DNA from: a virus
Reading direction: 5' to 3' (one strand)
DNA length: 64,000 nucleotides
UHGV virus genome: UHGV-0038496
Numbering within the stretch: the first letter of the stretch is position 1; each line of letters begins with the position of its first letter. A program made the position numbers and the translations under genes. Under the pieces are notes generated by a model, which saw nothing but the letters and a program-made list of their open reading frames with translations, had not been told where the DNA came from and made no database searches. This document shows, in pieces, positions 20,980-30,855 of the stretch.

Positions 20980-22092
20980 TTAGTTAGTAGGACTTGCAAA
21001 CAGGTTAATATCTTTCCAATTTTCCCATTCAAATCTTGCATCCAGCATTTCTTCGAACTGAGCAGCGTCAAACTCGATTGTAATTTTACCCTCACCAACT
21101 TCCAGAGGAATTGGAGGAATTTCGAAGGATGGTAACGGATCCAAAGGTGTACTTGGAGTTGGATTAGCTCTGTAGGTAATCGGGTTAAGCATACGGTAAT
21201 CCAGGCCAAGGAAAGATGAAATGCCGTTAACACCATCGACAAGCCACTGCGGATGTTTGGTCACGTCAGTTTCCTGGTGGTAGTTTTGCATCCAATCATC
21301 CAACATACCAGCACCTTCGTACCCCATGTAGCCCAGAGCTAATGGTCCTTTCCATTTCCACAGTCCACCAAGTAACCGTGCAAACAATCCTTTCTTAGCC
21401 ATGGCTGCTGCACCACCCGCAGCTGCACCACCTGCGGCGGCACCACCGAGAGCACCTGCAACACCTCCGGCAGCTTTAATCATACCCAGGGTTGCGGCAA
21501 CAGCTTTGACGATTCTCAGCAATTTCCATACGGCGTTAACAACAACTAAGATGGAGAAAGCATAGCCTACCCATTTAGCTTTGCTGAATGTTTCATCAAC
21601 AGTGTCACTTGTATCTTTGACTTCTTTTTTCAGCAGACCAAAGTGGTCTTTGACTTGCAACCACCAGATACGGATACTGACAATCGTGTTGTTCAATTCA
21701 CCAACAATGTCGTTCAGACCCTGGATAAATCCAGATACAAACTCACCAGCCTGCATGATCATTGGGGTGAATGTTTCTCCTGTGCGGATCAGGGTGTAAT
21801 AAAACTCGGTGAGTTCATCTGACCATGTGGTGAACAGTTTTTGTTTAGTCAATTCGATGAAAGTTTTCAAACGGTTTTCAGCCAGAACGTTAGATTTCTG
21901 CATACGTTCATAACCAGCAGCTGACGCTTCGTTCATGTACTTAGCAACGTATTTCATCATTTTGGCTGTTTTGACCTGGCCTTTCTGCATCATGTCCATG
22001 AATTGTTCCATAGACAGCTCAGACAGGTTGAAAGCCTCTTTTGTTGCTTTAATGAACGGCTCGTAAGCACCTGGCATTGCTTCAGCTACCAA
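20980..22092 (-). CDS. Tail tape measure protein, 3' exon
   Basis: 370 aa; Gly/Ala-rich hydrophobic segment AAGGVAGALGGAAAGGAAAGGAAA; frame opens only a few codons upstream (stop TAG), continuing the 22907..24142 reading frame after an intron. Confidence 0.7.
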   Translation of the reverse strand: MVAEAMPGAYEPFIKATKEAFNLSELSMEQFMDMMQKGQVKTAKMMKYVAKYMNEASAAGYERMQKSNVLAENRLKTFIELTKQKLFTTWSDELTEFYYTLIRTGETFTPMIMQAGEFVSGFIQGLNDIVGELNNTIVSIRIWWLQVKDHFGLLKKEVKDTSDTVDETFSKAKWVGYAFSILVVVNAVWKLLRIVKAVAATLGMIKAAGGVAGALGGAAAGGAAAGGAAAMAKKGLFARLLGGLWKWKGPLALGYMGYEGAGMLDDWMQNYHQETDVTKHPQWLVDGVNGISSFLGLDYRMLNPITYRANPTPSTPLDPLPSFEIPPIPLEVGEGKITIEFDAAQFEEMLDARFEWENWKDINLFASPTN

Positions 22093-22906
22093 TGTCCAGA
22101 CAGTTCGCTACGCTGTCCCGGTGTGCTAAGACACCCGCCACACATTTCTGTGTGGAGCAGACTATATCTTCTCTGGATAACCAGAGCCAACCATTTCAGA
22201 GGCGCTTGCCTCTTACACCGCTACACTCATCACGGTTAGTCGTTGAGCACATAACTTATAAATCTTTCAGCAGTTTAGACCATGCTTTCTTAGTCTTGAT
22301 TCGAACAATTGCTGATCTGCAAGCACCAAATTCTTCCATCAAATCTGTTGTATTCTCAAACCGCCTGTTATAAATTTCGATAACCTCTTCTGCTGTGAGC
22401 TTATGATTGGCATTTGACTCACCAGAGGCATCATTCAGGCCATTTGCAAAAGCATGTTTCTGATTGCCAGATCGAGTAACATACTCCAGATTATCTTTAT
22501 GGTTGTTTGCTTTATTACCGTCCTTATGGTTAACTTCCATCCCAGGTTGTGGAGGTTCACCAAGGAAAGTAAGGGCAACTATTCTGTGAACAAGATACAA
22601 CACACATTTGCCGTTTACCCGAAAGTAAACGCGTTTGTAACCATTGTGTATTGTCTGCTCAGTCAACTGCTTCCGTGTGTTTCTTCTTGTAGAGAATATT
22701 GCACCGTCCTCTCTACAGAAGTACCCATCGTGACCAGGAACTGGTCGGATTTCTAAGTTACTTCGCTGCGGATTATCCATTGTTACATCCTCCAAACTTT
22801 TTACCATACCCCGAGTAGTTACTTCGGGCCATAAACATGTTACCACATTTATTTGGTATTTGGAAGGCTTTAGGAGCTTCCCGCAATTAGGTTGGTTTTA
22901 TAACAG
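22093..22906 (-). mobile_element. Group I intron in tape measure gene (approximate boundaries)
   Basis: About 810 nt between the two TMP exons; contains HNH ORF; 3' part carries AACGACTA...GATATAGTCTG...GGCGGGTGTCTTAGCACACC core shared with the terminase and nrdD introns. Confidence 0.6.
22256..22780 (-). CDS. Intron-encoded HNH homing endonuclease
   Basis: Start at MDNPQRS with GGAGG Shine-Dalgarno; motifs RIVALTFLG and VNHKDGNKANNHKDNLE. Confidence 0.8.
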   Translation of the reverse strand: MDNPQRSNLEIRPVPGHDGYFCREDGAIFSTRRNTRKQLTEQTIHNGYKRVYFRVNGKCVLYLVHRIVALTFLGEPPQPGMEVNHKDGNKANNHKDNLEYVTRSGNQKHAFANGLNDASGESNANHKLTAEEVIEIYNRRFENTTDLMEEFGACRSAIVRIKTKKAWSKLLKDL

Positions 22907-24142
22907 CTAGTATGTCAACTGTTGTTTTAGTTCCTCAGACATTACCTGTCCTTTACCAAGCATTTGCTGTATCGCCATAATACCACGCTGATATTTTACT
23001 TCATCAGCACCATATGACGCAGCATATTGCGAATAAGCAGAGAACAGATCACGGACTTCCTGCCCTGTCATTTGGTTTTTGGCGTTTACTGCCATTTGAG
23101 AGTAGCCTTGCAGACCTGATTTCAGGTCGAAGCCTAATCTCATAGCTTCACCTTGTACGAATGCAACTTCCGAGTTAGCTTTCGTAGGATCACCCATAAC
23201 GTTGGTAAGAGCAGCACTCGCACCTTCCATCATGTGACCGGATTTGTTAACACTGACAATTGCAGAGAATGCGGTGTACGCTTTAGTCAAATCCATGACT
23301 GTTGTTCTTAATTTATTAAAAGCGGTGCTCAGAGTCATGGTTCCAGCAGCAGCATTAGCAAACCCCTTCTGCATTGCAGCGATCTGGGCGTTGAAAGTTG
23401 ACTTACCTATCAACCCTTTTGCATATTGCTGTTCAACCTGACGGTAGCCACCTAACATATCCCTAAAATTAGCCCCATAACGAGCTGTCAGACGCGTTGA
23501 CATGTTGGTAAGGTGTGTTAGCCTATCCATACCCACATTATTGCGTTTGGGCGTTCCTGAGCTGCCATTTTGCTTGTGCCATCTGTTCATTGCAGCAGTC
23601 TGGGCACGAACAAGTGCTGGGTTGGAAGCTACACCACCCATGTTGGGGTTACCTGGGATATATCTGAAGGTATTTGCTCTGGACAGAGCACGGGGTGAGA
23701 CTGGTTTGTTGGAGAAGTAGGAACTACCTAAGCCACCACTTTTCTTAGCCAGTTTGGATTGTTCCTGATAGAATTTACGCATTCTCACCAATTCAGGATC
23801 TTTGGCAGTCATCTGACCGACAACCTGTTTCCTTCTGGCGTTCTCACGTTTTTCTATCGCAGATCGTACAGCAGCTTCACGTTTAGCCTGGGATACAGCT
23901 TCCTGATGCATACGGCGTTGCTGTTGCAACTGTTTATTCTGTACCCTCTGAACAATCTGACCAGTCTTCTCCATCGATGCTTGCCAGGCTTTCAGAGGAT
24001 TCCCCTTTCCCAAAGAATCGCCCAGCTTTGTAAACTCCCTGCCTAATCCTTTAATTCTTTCAATAGCTTTTTTATAGCTATTGTTATCGATCTCAAATGT
24101 AATTCGGTTTGTGGTTGTGGCAACCACTTTGTTACCAGCCAT
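22907..24142 (-). CDS. Tail tape measure protein, 5' exon
   Basis: 411 aa; TMP-like composition (Ala/Gln-rich, GYSQMAVNA core); ORF ends where intron core begins. Confidence 0.7.
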   Translation of the reverse strand: MAGNKVVATTTNRITFEIDNNSYKKAIERIKGLGREFTKLGDSLGKGNPLKAWQASMEKTGQIVQRVQNKQLQQQRRMHQEAVSQAKREAAVRSAIEKRENARRKQVVGQMTAKDPELVRMRKFYQEQSKLAKKSGGLGSSYFSNKPVSPRALSRANTFRYIPGNPNMGGVASNPALVRAQTAAMNRWHKQNGSSGTPKRNNVGMDRLTHLTNMSTRLTARYGANFRDMLGGYRQVEQQYAKGLIGKSTFNAQIAAMQKGFANAAAGTMTLSTAFNKLRTTVMDLTKAYTAFSAIVSVNKSGHMMEGASAALTNVMGDPTKANSEVAFVQGEAMRLGFDLKSGLQGYSQMAVNAKNQMTGQEVRDLFSAYSQYAASYGADEVKYQRGIMAIQQMLGKGQVMSEELKQQLTY

Positions 24143-24200
24143 ATTCTCTCCTGGTTAGTAATAAAAAAGGGCCGGATCCTTTCGGAACCAGCCCTTTGCT

Positions 24201-24446
24201 TTAACGTCTACGTTTCGCTTTTGCCTGGGCTATCCTGGCTTCTTGCTCTCTCTCAAACTCTTTGTTTTGAACACCGTCAAGGAACTCTTCTATGTCAAGA
24301 TACTCACACAACATCAAGAAGTAGTCCATGTCGGCGCTGTTGAGAGATTCATAGTTCTCACCACGAAACCCTTTCAACACTTTACACCACAGGAAATCGA
24401 ACCAGCTAAGTGAGCTATGCTTCCTTGCCCACTCGCTGGCCTGCAA
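24201..24446 (-). CDS. Putative tail assembly chaperone (distal ORF)
   Basis: 81 aa between tube and TMP; its reading frame stays open upstream into the preceding ORF. Confidence 0.35.
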   Translation of the reverse strand: MQASEWARKHSSLSWFDFLWCKVLKGFRGENYESLNSADMDYFLMLCEYLDIEEFLDGVQNKEFEREQEARIAQAKAKRRR

Positions 24447-24457
24447 TACGACTTTGC

Positions 24458-24922
24458 TTATTCCTGAGTTTCCTGGTCCAGACTGTTGATCTGATGCGCC
24501 ATTTGCAATCCCTGCAACATCGCCATCAGGCCGTCTAAACCTTCTTGCGTGAAAAAAGATCCGTAGTTAACCTCCAGCACTTTACCAGCCAGTTTGAGCA
24601 TTGCAAACAGGTTGCCAGCGAAGAGTGCATCTATGTCTACTTTATCCACGCCATCAACGACAACATCTGCGAACAGGATATCGAACAGTTCGTCAATCGA
24701 TTTATCGTCAAGTTGTTCGAATAAGTACACCAGTGCGGTTGGTAACACTTCTGCGAGGTTTTTACCACCGTTCAACAATTCACCACCAATGGCTCCCATC
24801 GGCACTGCAATAATCCTGCCAATTTTAGGAAGGTTATGCATTGCCTGGCGTGGTCCCCAGTGATTTATAATGAAGTTGTGTCCGACTAAATCTATTTCTG
24901 TAGTAGGTCTGAAGTTTGGCAT
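24458..24922 (-). CDS. Putative tail assembly chaperone
   Basis: 154 aa acidic protein in the canonical position between tail tube and tape measure. Confidence 0.4.
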   Translation of the reverse strand: MPNFRPTTEIDLVGHNFIINHWGPRQAMHNLPKIGRIIAVPMGAIGGELLNGGKNLAEVLPTALVYLFEQLDDKSIDELFDILFADVVVDGVDKVDIDALFAGNLFAMLKLAGKVLEVNYGSFFTQEGLDGLMAMLQGLQMAHQINSLDQETQE

Positions 24923-25024
24923 TTCTCGTTACCCTTAAAGTTAGTTGTCATGCGTTATCGCATAGATTTATTATAGCATTGTACTCACTTTTTGTCAATG
25001 CAAACAGAAAGCCTCCGAAGAGGC

Positions 25025-26563
25025 TTATAACCACTTAGCTCTCCATACCCATTTAATCTTACCACTATCCCACAACCGGATAGCCCCAACCAAATCTTCT
25101 ATCTCCCGCTCTGTACGAGGATCAATAGACTTATCTGGGTTGAAGTCTACATCAGATCTGCCAATCTCCTCCAGACGTTTAGGAATCAATCGACGTTGCC
25201 AGTGTGGTTTCGGACGCAAACCATTAGCAGGGTGGAATACTCTGTAGTCAGGTTTGCCATACGTTTCAGCAACAAATCCCAACACTTCATAAACCCCACC
25301 AGCGAAGTAGTCATTCATACTGAATGAACTAACCTCTTCTGGATTATTCTCCCTGATAAACGTTTTAAACAGTCTAGATGCCCCACCACGAACAGAACAG
25401 CTTGATGCAAATCTTGATAACTCCCATGTTGCCTTAGTCGTACCGTTAGCTCTGGCCTGACCTCTCGTAGTTTTACCGTAGCCGAAGCTCATGATTGCTA
25501 CAATTTCACCTTCTTTCGTTTTCAGAGCCAGATTGATAGGGTTAGGAGAATGGCCCTGCGGGTGGTAAGCGTCGTAAAACTCTTTGCACTCTATTGATTT
25601 TAGATGCACAACTTCACACTCCCTGGCATTTACTTTACGCTCACCATTACACCCCAAAGCATGAGCCAGCAACTGGCTGAACACTTTCTGGTTGTTATCC
25701 CAATCATAGTCCGTGATCTGGATCAGGCGAATACCTTTCTCTTTACAGGCTAACCACTTGTTGTAATGGTAGTCTTTAGACTTATGATTATCACCATGCC
25801 AGAAGACACCGTTAACTTCAATCGCCACACGTTTTGATGGGACAAAGATATCTAACTCTTTGCCATCATCCAAGATAGTGCGGTTAGACTGCTCCGCGTC
25901 TGGACAGATAGATTTTACAAAGTCAAAGACAGATCCTTCCACTTTAGAAGTCAATTTTGCACAATGCCTGCACCCATGACCTCTGTGAATGTGTTCTTTC
26001 ACAGGCTGTTGGAACTCTGATCCACATTTTGTGCATTCAATATTGAGAATGCCTTTCTTCCTTTCATCATAAAACATACTTTTGTAAACGTATTTATCTT
26101 TGTGGACCTCTTTAGCTTGTTCCACAACTTCTTCAAAAGAGTTTCTGCTTTTTCTACCACGAGTCATGTTAGCACAACGAGGGCAGCCCTGTCCTCTCAA
26201 ATGTTTGCTAGGTTTTTGTGAGAACACGCCGTGGTCAGGGCAAATAATGTTCACATTTGTCACTCTATCTTTATACACAACCTCAGAGTAATCGTAACGA
26301 TCACCATGTTTTTCTTTGGCCTTTTCGATAAATTCTTCCCTGTTTCCACGTTTACGCTCAAGGTAACATTCTTTGCACCCCTCCCCTTTTCTGTGAGCAT
26401 TCGCTTCTACCGAAAACACGCCATGTTTTTTGCAAATAATGTTAACTTTTTCTCTGCTACCTTTGTACTCAGTTTGACTGTAATCATACATTTCTTCAAA
26501 CTCAGGGTTTTCTTTGAAGACGGCTGTTAGCCATTCTTCTTTTGTATAACCTTTTCCAGCCAT
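25025..26563 (-). CDS. Free-standing endonuclease: three zinc-ribbon repeats plus Vsr/DUF559-like PD-(D/E)xK domain
   Basis: Start at MAGKGY with AGGAG Shine-Dalgarno; three approx 60-aa repeats YxYS..Y....I(I/E)C..HG.F......H..G.GC..C; then ELDIFVPSKRVAIEVNGVFWHG restriction-endonuclease-like motif. Confidence 0.55.
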   Translation of the reverse strand: MAGKGYTKEEWLTAVFKENPEFEEMYDYSQTEYKGSREKVNIICKKHGVFSVEANAHRKGEGCKECYLERKRGNREEFIEKAKEKHGDRYDYSEVVYKDRVTNVNIICPDHGVFSQKPSKHLRGQGCPRCANMTRGRKSRNSFEEVVEQAKEVHKDKYVYKSMFYDERKKGILNIECTKCGSEFQQPVKEHIHRGHGCRHCAKLTSKVEGSVFDFVKSICPDAEQSNRTILDDGKELDIFVPSKRVAIEVNGVFWHGDNHKSKDYHYNKWLACKEKGIRLIQITDYDWDNNQKVFSQLLAHALGCNGERKVNARECEVVHLKSIECKEFYDAYHPQGHSPNPINLALKTKEGEIVAIMSFGYGKTTRGQARANGTTKATWELSRFASSCSVRGGASRLFKTFIRENNPEEVSSFSMNDYFAGGVYEVLGFVAETYGKPDYRVFHPANGLRPKPHWQRRLIPKRLEEIGRSDVDFNPDKSIDPRTEREIEDLVGAIRLWDSGKIKWVWRAKWL

Positions 26564-26628
26564 CGAAAAACTCCTAGTAGTTTTAAACACAGGGGAACTA
26601 TACCACAAAACATTAGCTTTTGTCAAAC

Positions 26629-26662
26629 CCTATAAACAAGAAAGGCCACCCGAAGGTGGCCT
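26629..26662 (-). terminator. Rho-independent terminator after tail tube gene (minus strand)
   Basis: AGGCCACC-TTCG-GGTGGCCT hairpin followed by T-rich tract on minus strand. Confidence 0.5.
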
Positions 26663-26668
26663 GTAACA

Positions 26669-27142
26669 TTAAATGATACCAGTTAAACCTGCAAGTCCCA
26701 TCATTGCAGATTCAATGTTATCTTTGTTCAACCAGCAATCCAGTACGCCGATTTCCCAGTCCAGTTGTGCAACTTCTGTACCGTAGGTCAGGTCAGGTTG
26801 CTTCTGGATCCAACCGATTGTGGAAATACCAGGACCCTGGCTACCTTCCAGCAGAACAGGGAAGAATACAAGCCCTGTGATAGATGCTTGTTTCTGCCAG
26901 TCTGACAGGTAGGCGTTCCATGCTGCTGTGTTCTGGAGAGATACAGTCATTACACCAGATTGGTTACGGGATAATGCTGCACTCATTTCACCATCCACGC
27001 CTACATGCGGGTAGATGTTATCTTCGTTACGAGAGACAACGATTTTGGTGTCTGCCGCAAAACCTGATACACGCTGACCCATCAAATAAAGTTTTACTTT
27101 TTTCGGGTCATATGCATAGGGTGTTAAAATATCTGTGACCAT
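26669..27142 (-). CDS. Tail tube protein (putative)
   Basis: 157 aa directly downstream of sheath-sized gene; terminator after it. Confidence 0.55.
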   Translation of the reverse strand: MVTDILTPYAYDPKKVKLYLMGQRVSGFAADTKIVVSRNEDNIYPHVGVDGEMSAALSRNQSGVMTVSLQNTAAWNAYLSDWQKQASITGLVFFPVLLEGSQGPGISTIGWIQKQPDLTYGTEVAQLDWEIGVLDCWLNKDNIESAMMGLAGLTGII

Positions 27143-27153
27143 TTACCCTCCTG

Positions 27154-28539
27154 TTACGCAGTCATTGCCTGGGCATTCGTGCTGGTTGTACCAGTTTTAT
27201 CCAGCAATACATTGATGCGGATTTTCACGAAGTGCAGAGCATTGTTGTAAACCATTTCTACTTTAACACCTTCCAGGGTACGAGCAGCCAGCTGGTTAGC
27301 AGGGATGGTAGCACGTTTTGGAACAGTGATAATCGGATCGTAGAATACGCTGTTTTCTTCATCATACCCAGTCAGGATAGCACCGTTACGGATACCAACG
27401 TTGATCGGGTCGTTCATCAGAACAGATTTAATAACAGGCAGGTCGTCATCAGACATTTTCATGCTCATGCCCATGTTGGATCTGCGATGCATGTAGCCAA
27501 ACATAGATTCTTCGGAACGGAATTTGATCCAGTGGGAGAATCTGATTACGTCAGCATATTGGCCTGAAGCGCATTTACCTTCCCAGAAGCAACCAACACC
27601 GTTGATCATTCTGTAGAAGTTCAGGTTGTTGTCCCACAATGCCATTCTCTGACCGACACCCATGTTCGGAGGAGTGATACCTGGCATTTTTTTCAGGTGT
27701 AAGCTGTCACCATAAGACGGGTCATTGGATGCCATTGCACCGATGATACCACCTTCTGGGAAGTCCATGTTAGCACGAGGATCCCACATACCTAAAGTAT
27801 CAAGCTGGAGCTGTTTGAGAGCATAACCAATACCACTTTCTACACCCATTGCATCTTGATCAGCAGTGGAGTAAACGTGAAGTTTGTAGTTAGCTTGTGC
27901 CCATTTTGCAAGAGCTGTGATAGCAGTAACGCTGTGGTCTTCGGAGCACAGGAAATACCAGTTACTGTTTTCATCATTAATGTCATCAACGACTGTCTGA
28001 GGAGTTTCACTGGATTTATTTTCAATTTTGAAATCGCCAGCACCGTAGCCAACGGTAGCACCTTTGATGGTAACTTTACCGGAGTTAGCTTTAGCAGTTA
28101 CACTGGCACCTGACAAGATTTCATCACCAGTAATAGCTGTAGCCAAAGCCTCAGCGATTGTGGAAGCAGCAGTACCACCACCAACTGGAATGACTATGGC
28201 GCGATCATAATTAGGGATTGCTACGTTTACGATAACTTGGGATTCAGCTGGGAATACGCCACCAACAAAGTCAACAACAGTTTCTGTTGCAGCCTGACGA
28301 CCGATGACGATGTATTGCGGCGGGAACTCACCACCGAAAGCGTTAGAAGCGAAGGTGTGAGCAGCACTGCCTGGTGCAAAACCATCGTCAACTAACTGAT
28401 CGAGTTCAGCGTAAACGCGAGCGCGTTCAGTAAAATTATTGTGGATGGCAATAAACAAGGGAGTTTCGAAGCCTACTGTGTCAATCGGCTGTGTACCCAG
28501 GTTTACTTGCACATCGACAACTTTATCATTGTAAGGCAT
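27154..28539 (-). CDS. Tail sheath protein (putative)
   Basis: Start at MPYNDKVV with GAGGAA Shine-Dalgarno; 461 aa; position and size fit a contractile-tail sheath. Confidence 0.6.
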   Translation of the reverse strand: MPYNDKVVDVQVNLGTQPIDTVGFETPLFIAIHNNFTERARVYAELDQLVDDGFAPGSAAHTFASNAFGGEFPPQYIVIGRQAATETVVDFVGGVFPAESQVIVNVAIPNYDRAIVIPVGGGTAASTIAEALATAITGDEILSGASVTAKANSGKVTIKGATVGYGAGDFKIENKSSETPQTVVDDINDENSNWYFLCSEDHSVTAITALAKWAQANYKLHVYSTADQDAMGVESGIGYALKQLQLDTLGMWDPRANMDFPEGGIIGAMASNDPSYGDSLHLKKMPGITPPNMGVGQRMALWDNNLNFYRMINGVGCFWEGKCASGQYADVIRFSHWIKFRSEESMFGYMHRRSNMGMSMKMSDDDLPVIKSVLMNDPINVGIRNGAILTGYDEENSVFYDPIITVPKRATIPANQLAARTLEGVKVEMVYNNALHFVKIRINVLLDKTGTTSTNAQAMTA

Positions 28540-28611
28540 TTGTTTCCTCTTCAATATCTTGTGCACAGGATATTAACAAGCAGCATAATCATTACGCTGC
28601 ATGGAGAACGA

Positions 28612-29160
28612 TTACTGACCAGGGTCGATAACCGCTTGACTGTCATCAGCAGGGTGGAGAACATGAAGCTCAGCTTCGATGCCCTGAAGATCTTCGAACG
28701 CTGCCATGTCAGTCTCAATAAACCTGACGTTAAACGTCATCATTACTGTGGCTCTTACCTCATATGCTTGCTTATTCATCGGGACTCGCAGAGGTGAGAT
28801 TGTAGAGGCCGAAGAATAGGCGTACATAGAACCACCAGGAAAGAATTTATCGTAAAACATCGGAAGGTTTATTGCTTGCAATAATCTGGACAATGCTGCA
28901 TATGCTTTACCACGGTAGGCAGTTAACATATAGGTAACTGTGTAATTGTGGGTAACGTAAGCAACACCCTCTTCGGTCTGGAACTCGTTATCTTCCCAGA
29001 TGTGAGGTTGGATACCCATCGTTTCAAGAAGGATAAACTCACCATCTGGTTTTGGAATGATCTCCTGATCACCCATGATGACACGTCTGCCTGTGGCAAC
29101 TCTTGCCATCTTAGCGACAATTTCCTCCAGATCATTAAAAACTTTTTCAAACTCTTCCAT
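28612..29160 (-). CDS. Hypothetical head-tail joining/completion protein
   Basis: 182 aa ORF, operon context. Confidence 0.45.
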   Translation of the reverse strand: MEEFEKVFNDLEEIVAKMARVATGRRVIMGDQEIIPKPDGEFILLETMGIQPHIWEDNEFQTEEGVAYVTHNYTVTYMLTAYRGKAYAALSRLLQAINLPMFYDKFFPGGSMYAYSSASTISPLRVPMNKQAYEVRATVMMTFNVRFIETDMAAFEDLQGIEAELHVLHPADDSQAVIDPGQ

Positions 29161-29597
29161 CAGATTGTGTCTCCTTCGTTATTTGTGGGTTCTTCCACAA
29201 CATAGGAGCGGTATCTTTCCACACCTGACGTATGATACTGATCGCATTTCAGAACAGTGAACCATGTTAATTCACCATGCAGGTTAGGCAACTGAATCTG
29301 ATCTGCAAGCTGGTATTCCCCTTCATTTGGGCTACGCAGACGTACAGAGGAATAAACCGTATACGCTTCGTATTGTCTACCACCTTCGGGGTTAATTTGC
29401 GAGGAGTAGTCTTTAGCCGCACGGCCTGTTAAAGGCTGCATAACGCATTCTAAAACATCGAACTCTTCTATCTCAAGCTCAACACCTTTGTTAGCAAAAG
29501 GGCTGTTATCGATGCGTTTAAGCGTTCTGTGACGACCTTTGAAAGTCTTCCTAGGAATTAATTTATTTTTACCAATCAATCTGTAGCCTACAGCCAT
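29160..29597 (-). CDS. Hypothetical head-tail joining/completion protein
   Basis: 145 aa ORF, start/stop overlap with neighbour. Confidence 0.45.
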   Translation of the reverse strand: MAVGYRLIGKNKLIPRKTFKGRHRTLKRIDNSPFANKGVELEIEEFDVLECVMQPLTGRAAKDYSSQINPEGGRQYEAYTVYSSVRLRSPNEGEYQLADQIQLPNLHGELTWFTVLKCDQYHTSGVERYRSYVVEEPTNNEGDTI

Positions 29598-29607
29598 TCA
29601 ACCTCCA

Positions 29608-30075
29608 TTAGTCTTTTAATTGTCCGATCTTGAAGGTTGCCGACTCAAGCAACACATCGTAATGACGCATAGCTTCGTTAAAGCCTTTTTCTTGCGCCCA
29701 TTGTTCGCTTACCGTTGGATTGCTGAACATTCCCGCCTCGATAACGAACTTGATGGCCTCGGCCCCGCCTTTACCGATTTGCTTCAGGACAGTATCTGGA
29801 CTTGCCCCGCGCGATAAAGCACGAAGCAGTCGTTCCATCTGCTTGGGGAGTTCCGCATTGTAAAATACGAAAGCTGTTTCCATGAAATTACGAACCGGAA
29901 GACCATTCCAGCCAAAGTTATGAATTGCAGCCAGTGTTGCCATATTCAGGCCGGAGTAATGTTCTTCGTCGTAAAATCCATAGGAGATAGTTTTACTTTC
30001 CAGCTTAATGAGTTCCCTGTGGAACCTTTCAAGCTGCTTAAAATTGGTTTTAGAAGTGCATTTTATTCTAAGCAC
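29608..30075 (-). CDS. Hypothetical head-tail joining/completion protein
   Basis: 155 aa ORF. Confidence 0.45.
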   Translation of the reverse strand: MLRIKCTSKTNFKQLERFHRELIKLESKTISYGFYDEEHYSGLNMATLAAIHNFGWNGLPVRNFMETAFVFYNAELPKQMERLLRALSRGASPDTVLKQIGKGGAEAIKFVIEAGMFSNPTVSEQWAQEKGFNEAMRHYDVLLESATFKIGQLKD

Positions 30076-30137
30076 TTTGCCCCCAATAGATAAATTATAC
30101 CACAGGCTGCAACAATTTTCAATACTAATTTAGCAAA

Positions 30138-30800
30138 TTACCTGCGAGATGGGTATCTTTTTGGTTGTCCAGGTGAACCACTCATAGGTGTGATACCAGA
30201 AACATCAAAGCCACAAACACTGTTACTATGACGTTTAACTCTCTGGAACTCATCTTCACGAACACCACCGATGATAACCAGTCTACCACAGGAATCCAGT
30301 TCAGAGTCAACATAGTCTGGGTTAGCAACCAACCAGTCAAGGAAGTCTCTCCAGCCCTGCCATGTGGTCTGGCCTATGCGAACTTCAACACTTTCATCAC
30401 CGATTTTTTCCATACGGGAACTAATGCTGGACTCACCGCTCGCAACTTCCTGGACCATCAGCCAGCGAACAGCTTGTACCATTGCATCGTATTTGACATT
30501 CGGCAATCTTTCTGGATGATTTTCCAGATCATGTCTCATTACTGCCATTTCAACAAACAAGGCCAGAGTTTCAGGTGGTAACACCTCTTTTGATACATTG
30601 CCCAGCAGGATACGAATAAATGCTGACAACGAATCTTCTCGACCGAACTCAGGATCAATATCATCATCTGGTACAGTTGGCAATTCCGGCTCCGGTTCTG
30701 TTGGTTCTTCAGGTTCAACTGGATCTACTGGTGCTTCGCCTTCACCAGTGCCAGGATCTTGAGAAGTAGGGACTACCTCTTCTTCTTCATACCACGCCAT
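30138..30800 (-). CDS. Hypothetical acidic head protein
   Basis: Start at MAWYEEEE (codon 10 of called ORF) with AAGGAG Shine-Dalgarno; Pro/Glu-rich N-terminus. The ORF frame could not be re-derived from the printed text by 1 nt, so the ORF-track frame is used. Confidence 0.45.
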   Translation of the reverse strand: MAWYEEEEVVPTSQDPGTGEGEAPVDPVEPEEPTEPEPELPTVPDDDIDPEFGREDSLSAFIRILLGNVSKEVLPPETLALFVEMAVMRHDLENHPERLPNVKYDAMVQAVRWLMVQEVASGESSISSRMEKIGDESVEVRIGQTTWQGWRDFLDWLVANPDYVDSELDSCGRLVIIGGVREDEFQRVKRHSNSVCGFDVSGITPMSGSPGQPKRYPSRR

Positions 30801-30855
30801 TCTGTCTCCTTCAAGGATTATGGACACTTAATTATTATACCATGATGACTACAAA

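Noticed and set aside
30138-30827. Possible frameshift in the acidic head protein gene
   Set aside because: My manual re-translation near 30775-30785 was one nucleotide out of register with the ORF track, most likely a reading error on my part in a GAA-repeat run; the ORF track gives a continuous 229-aa ORF, so no frameshift is claimed.
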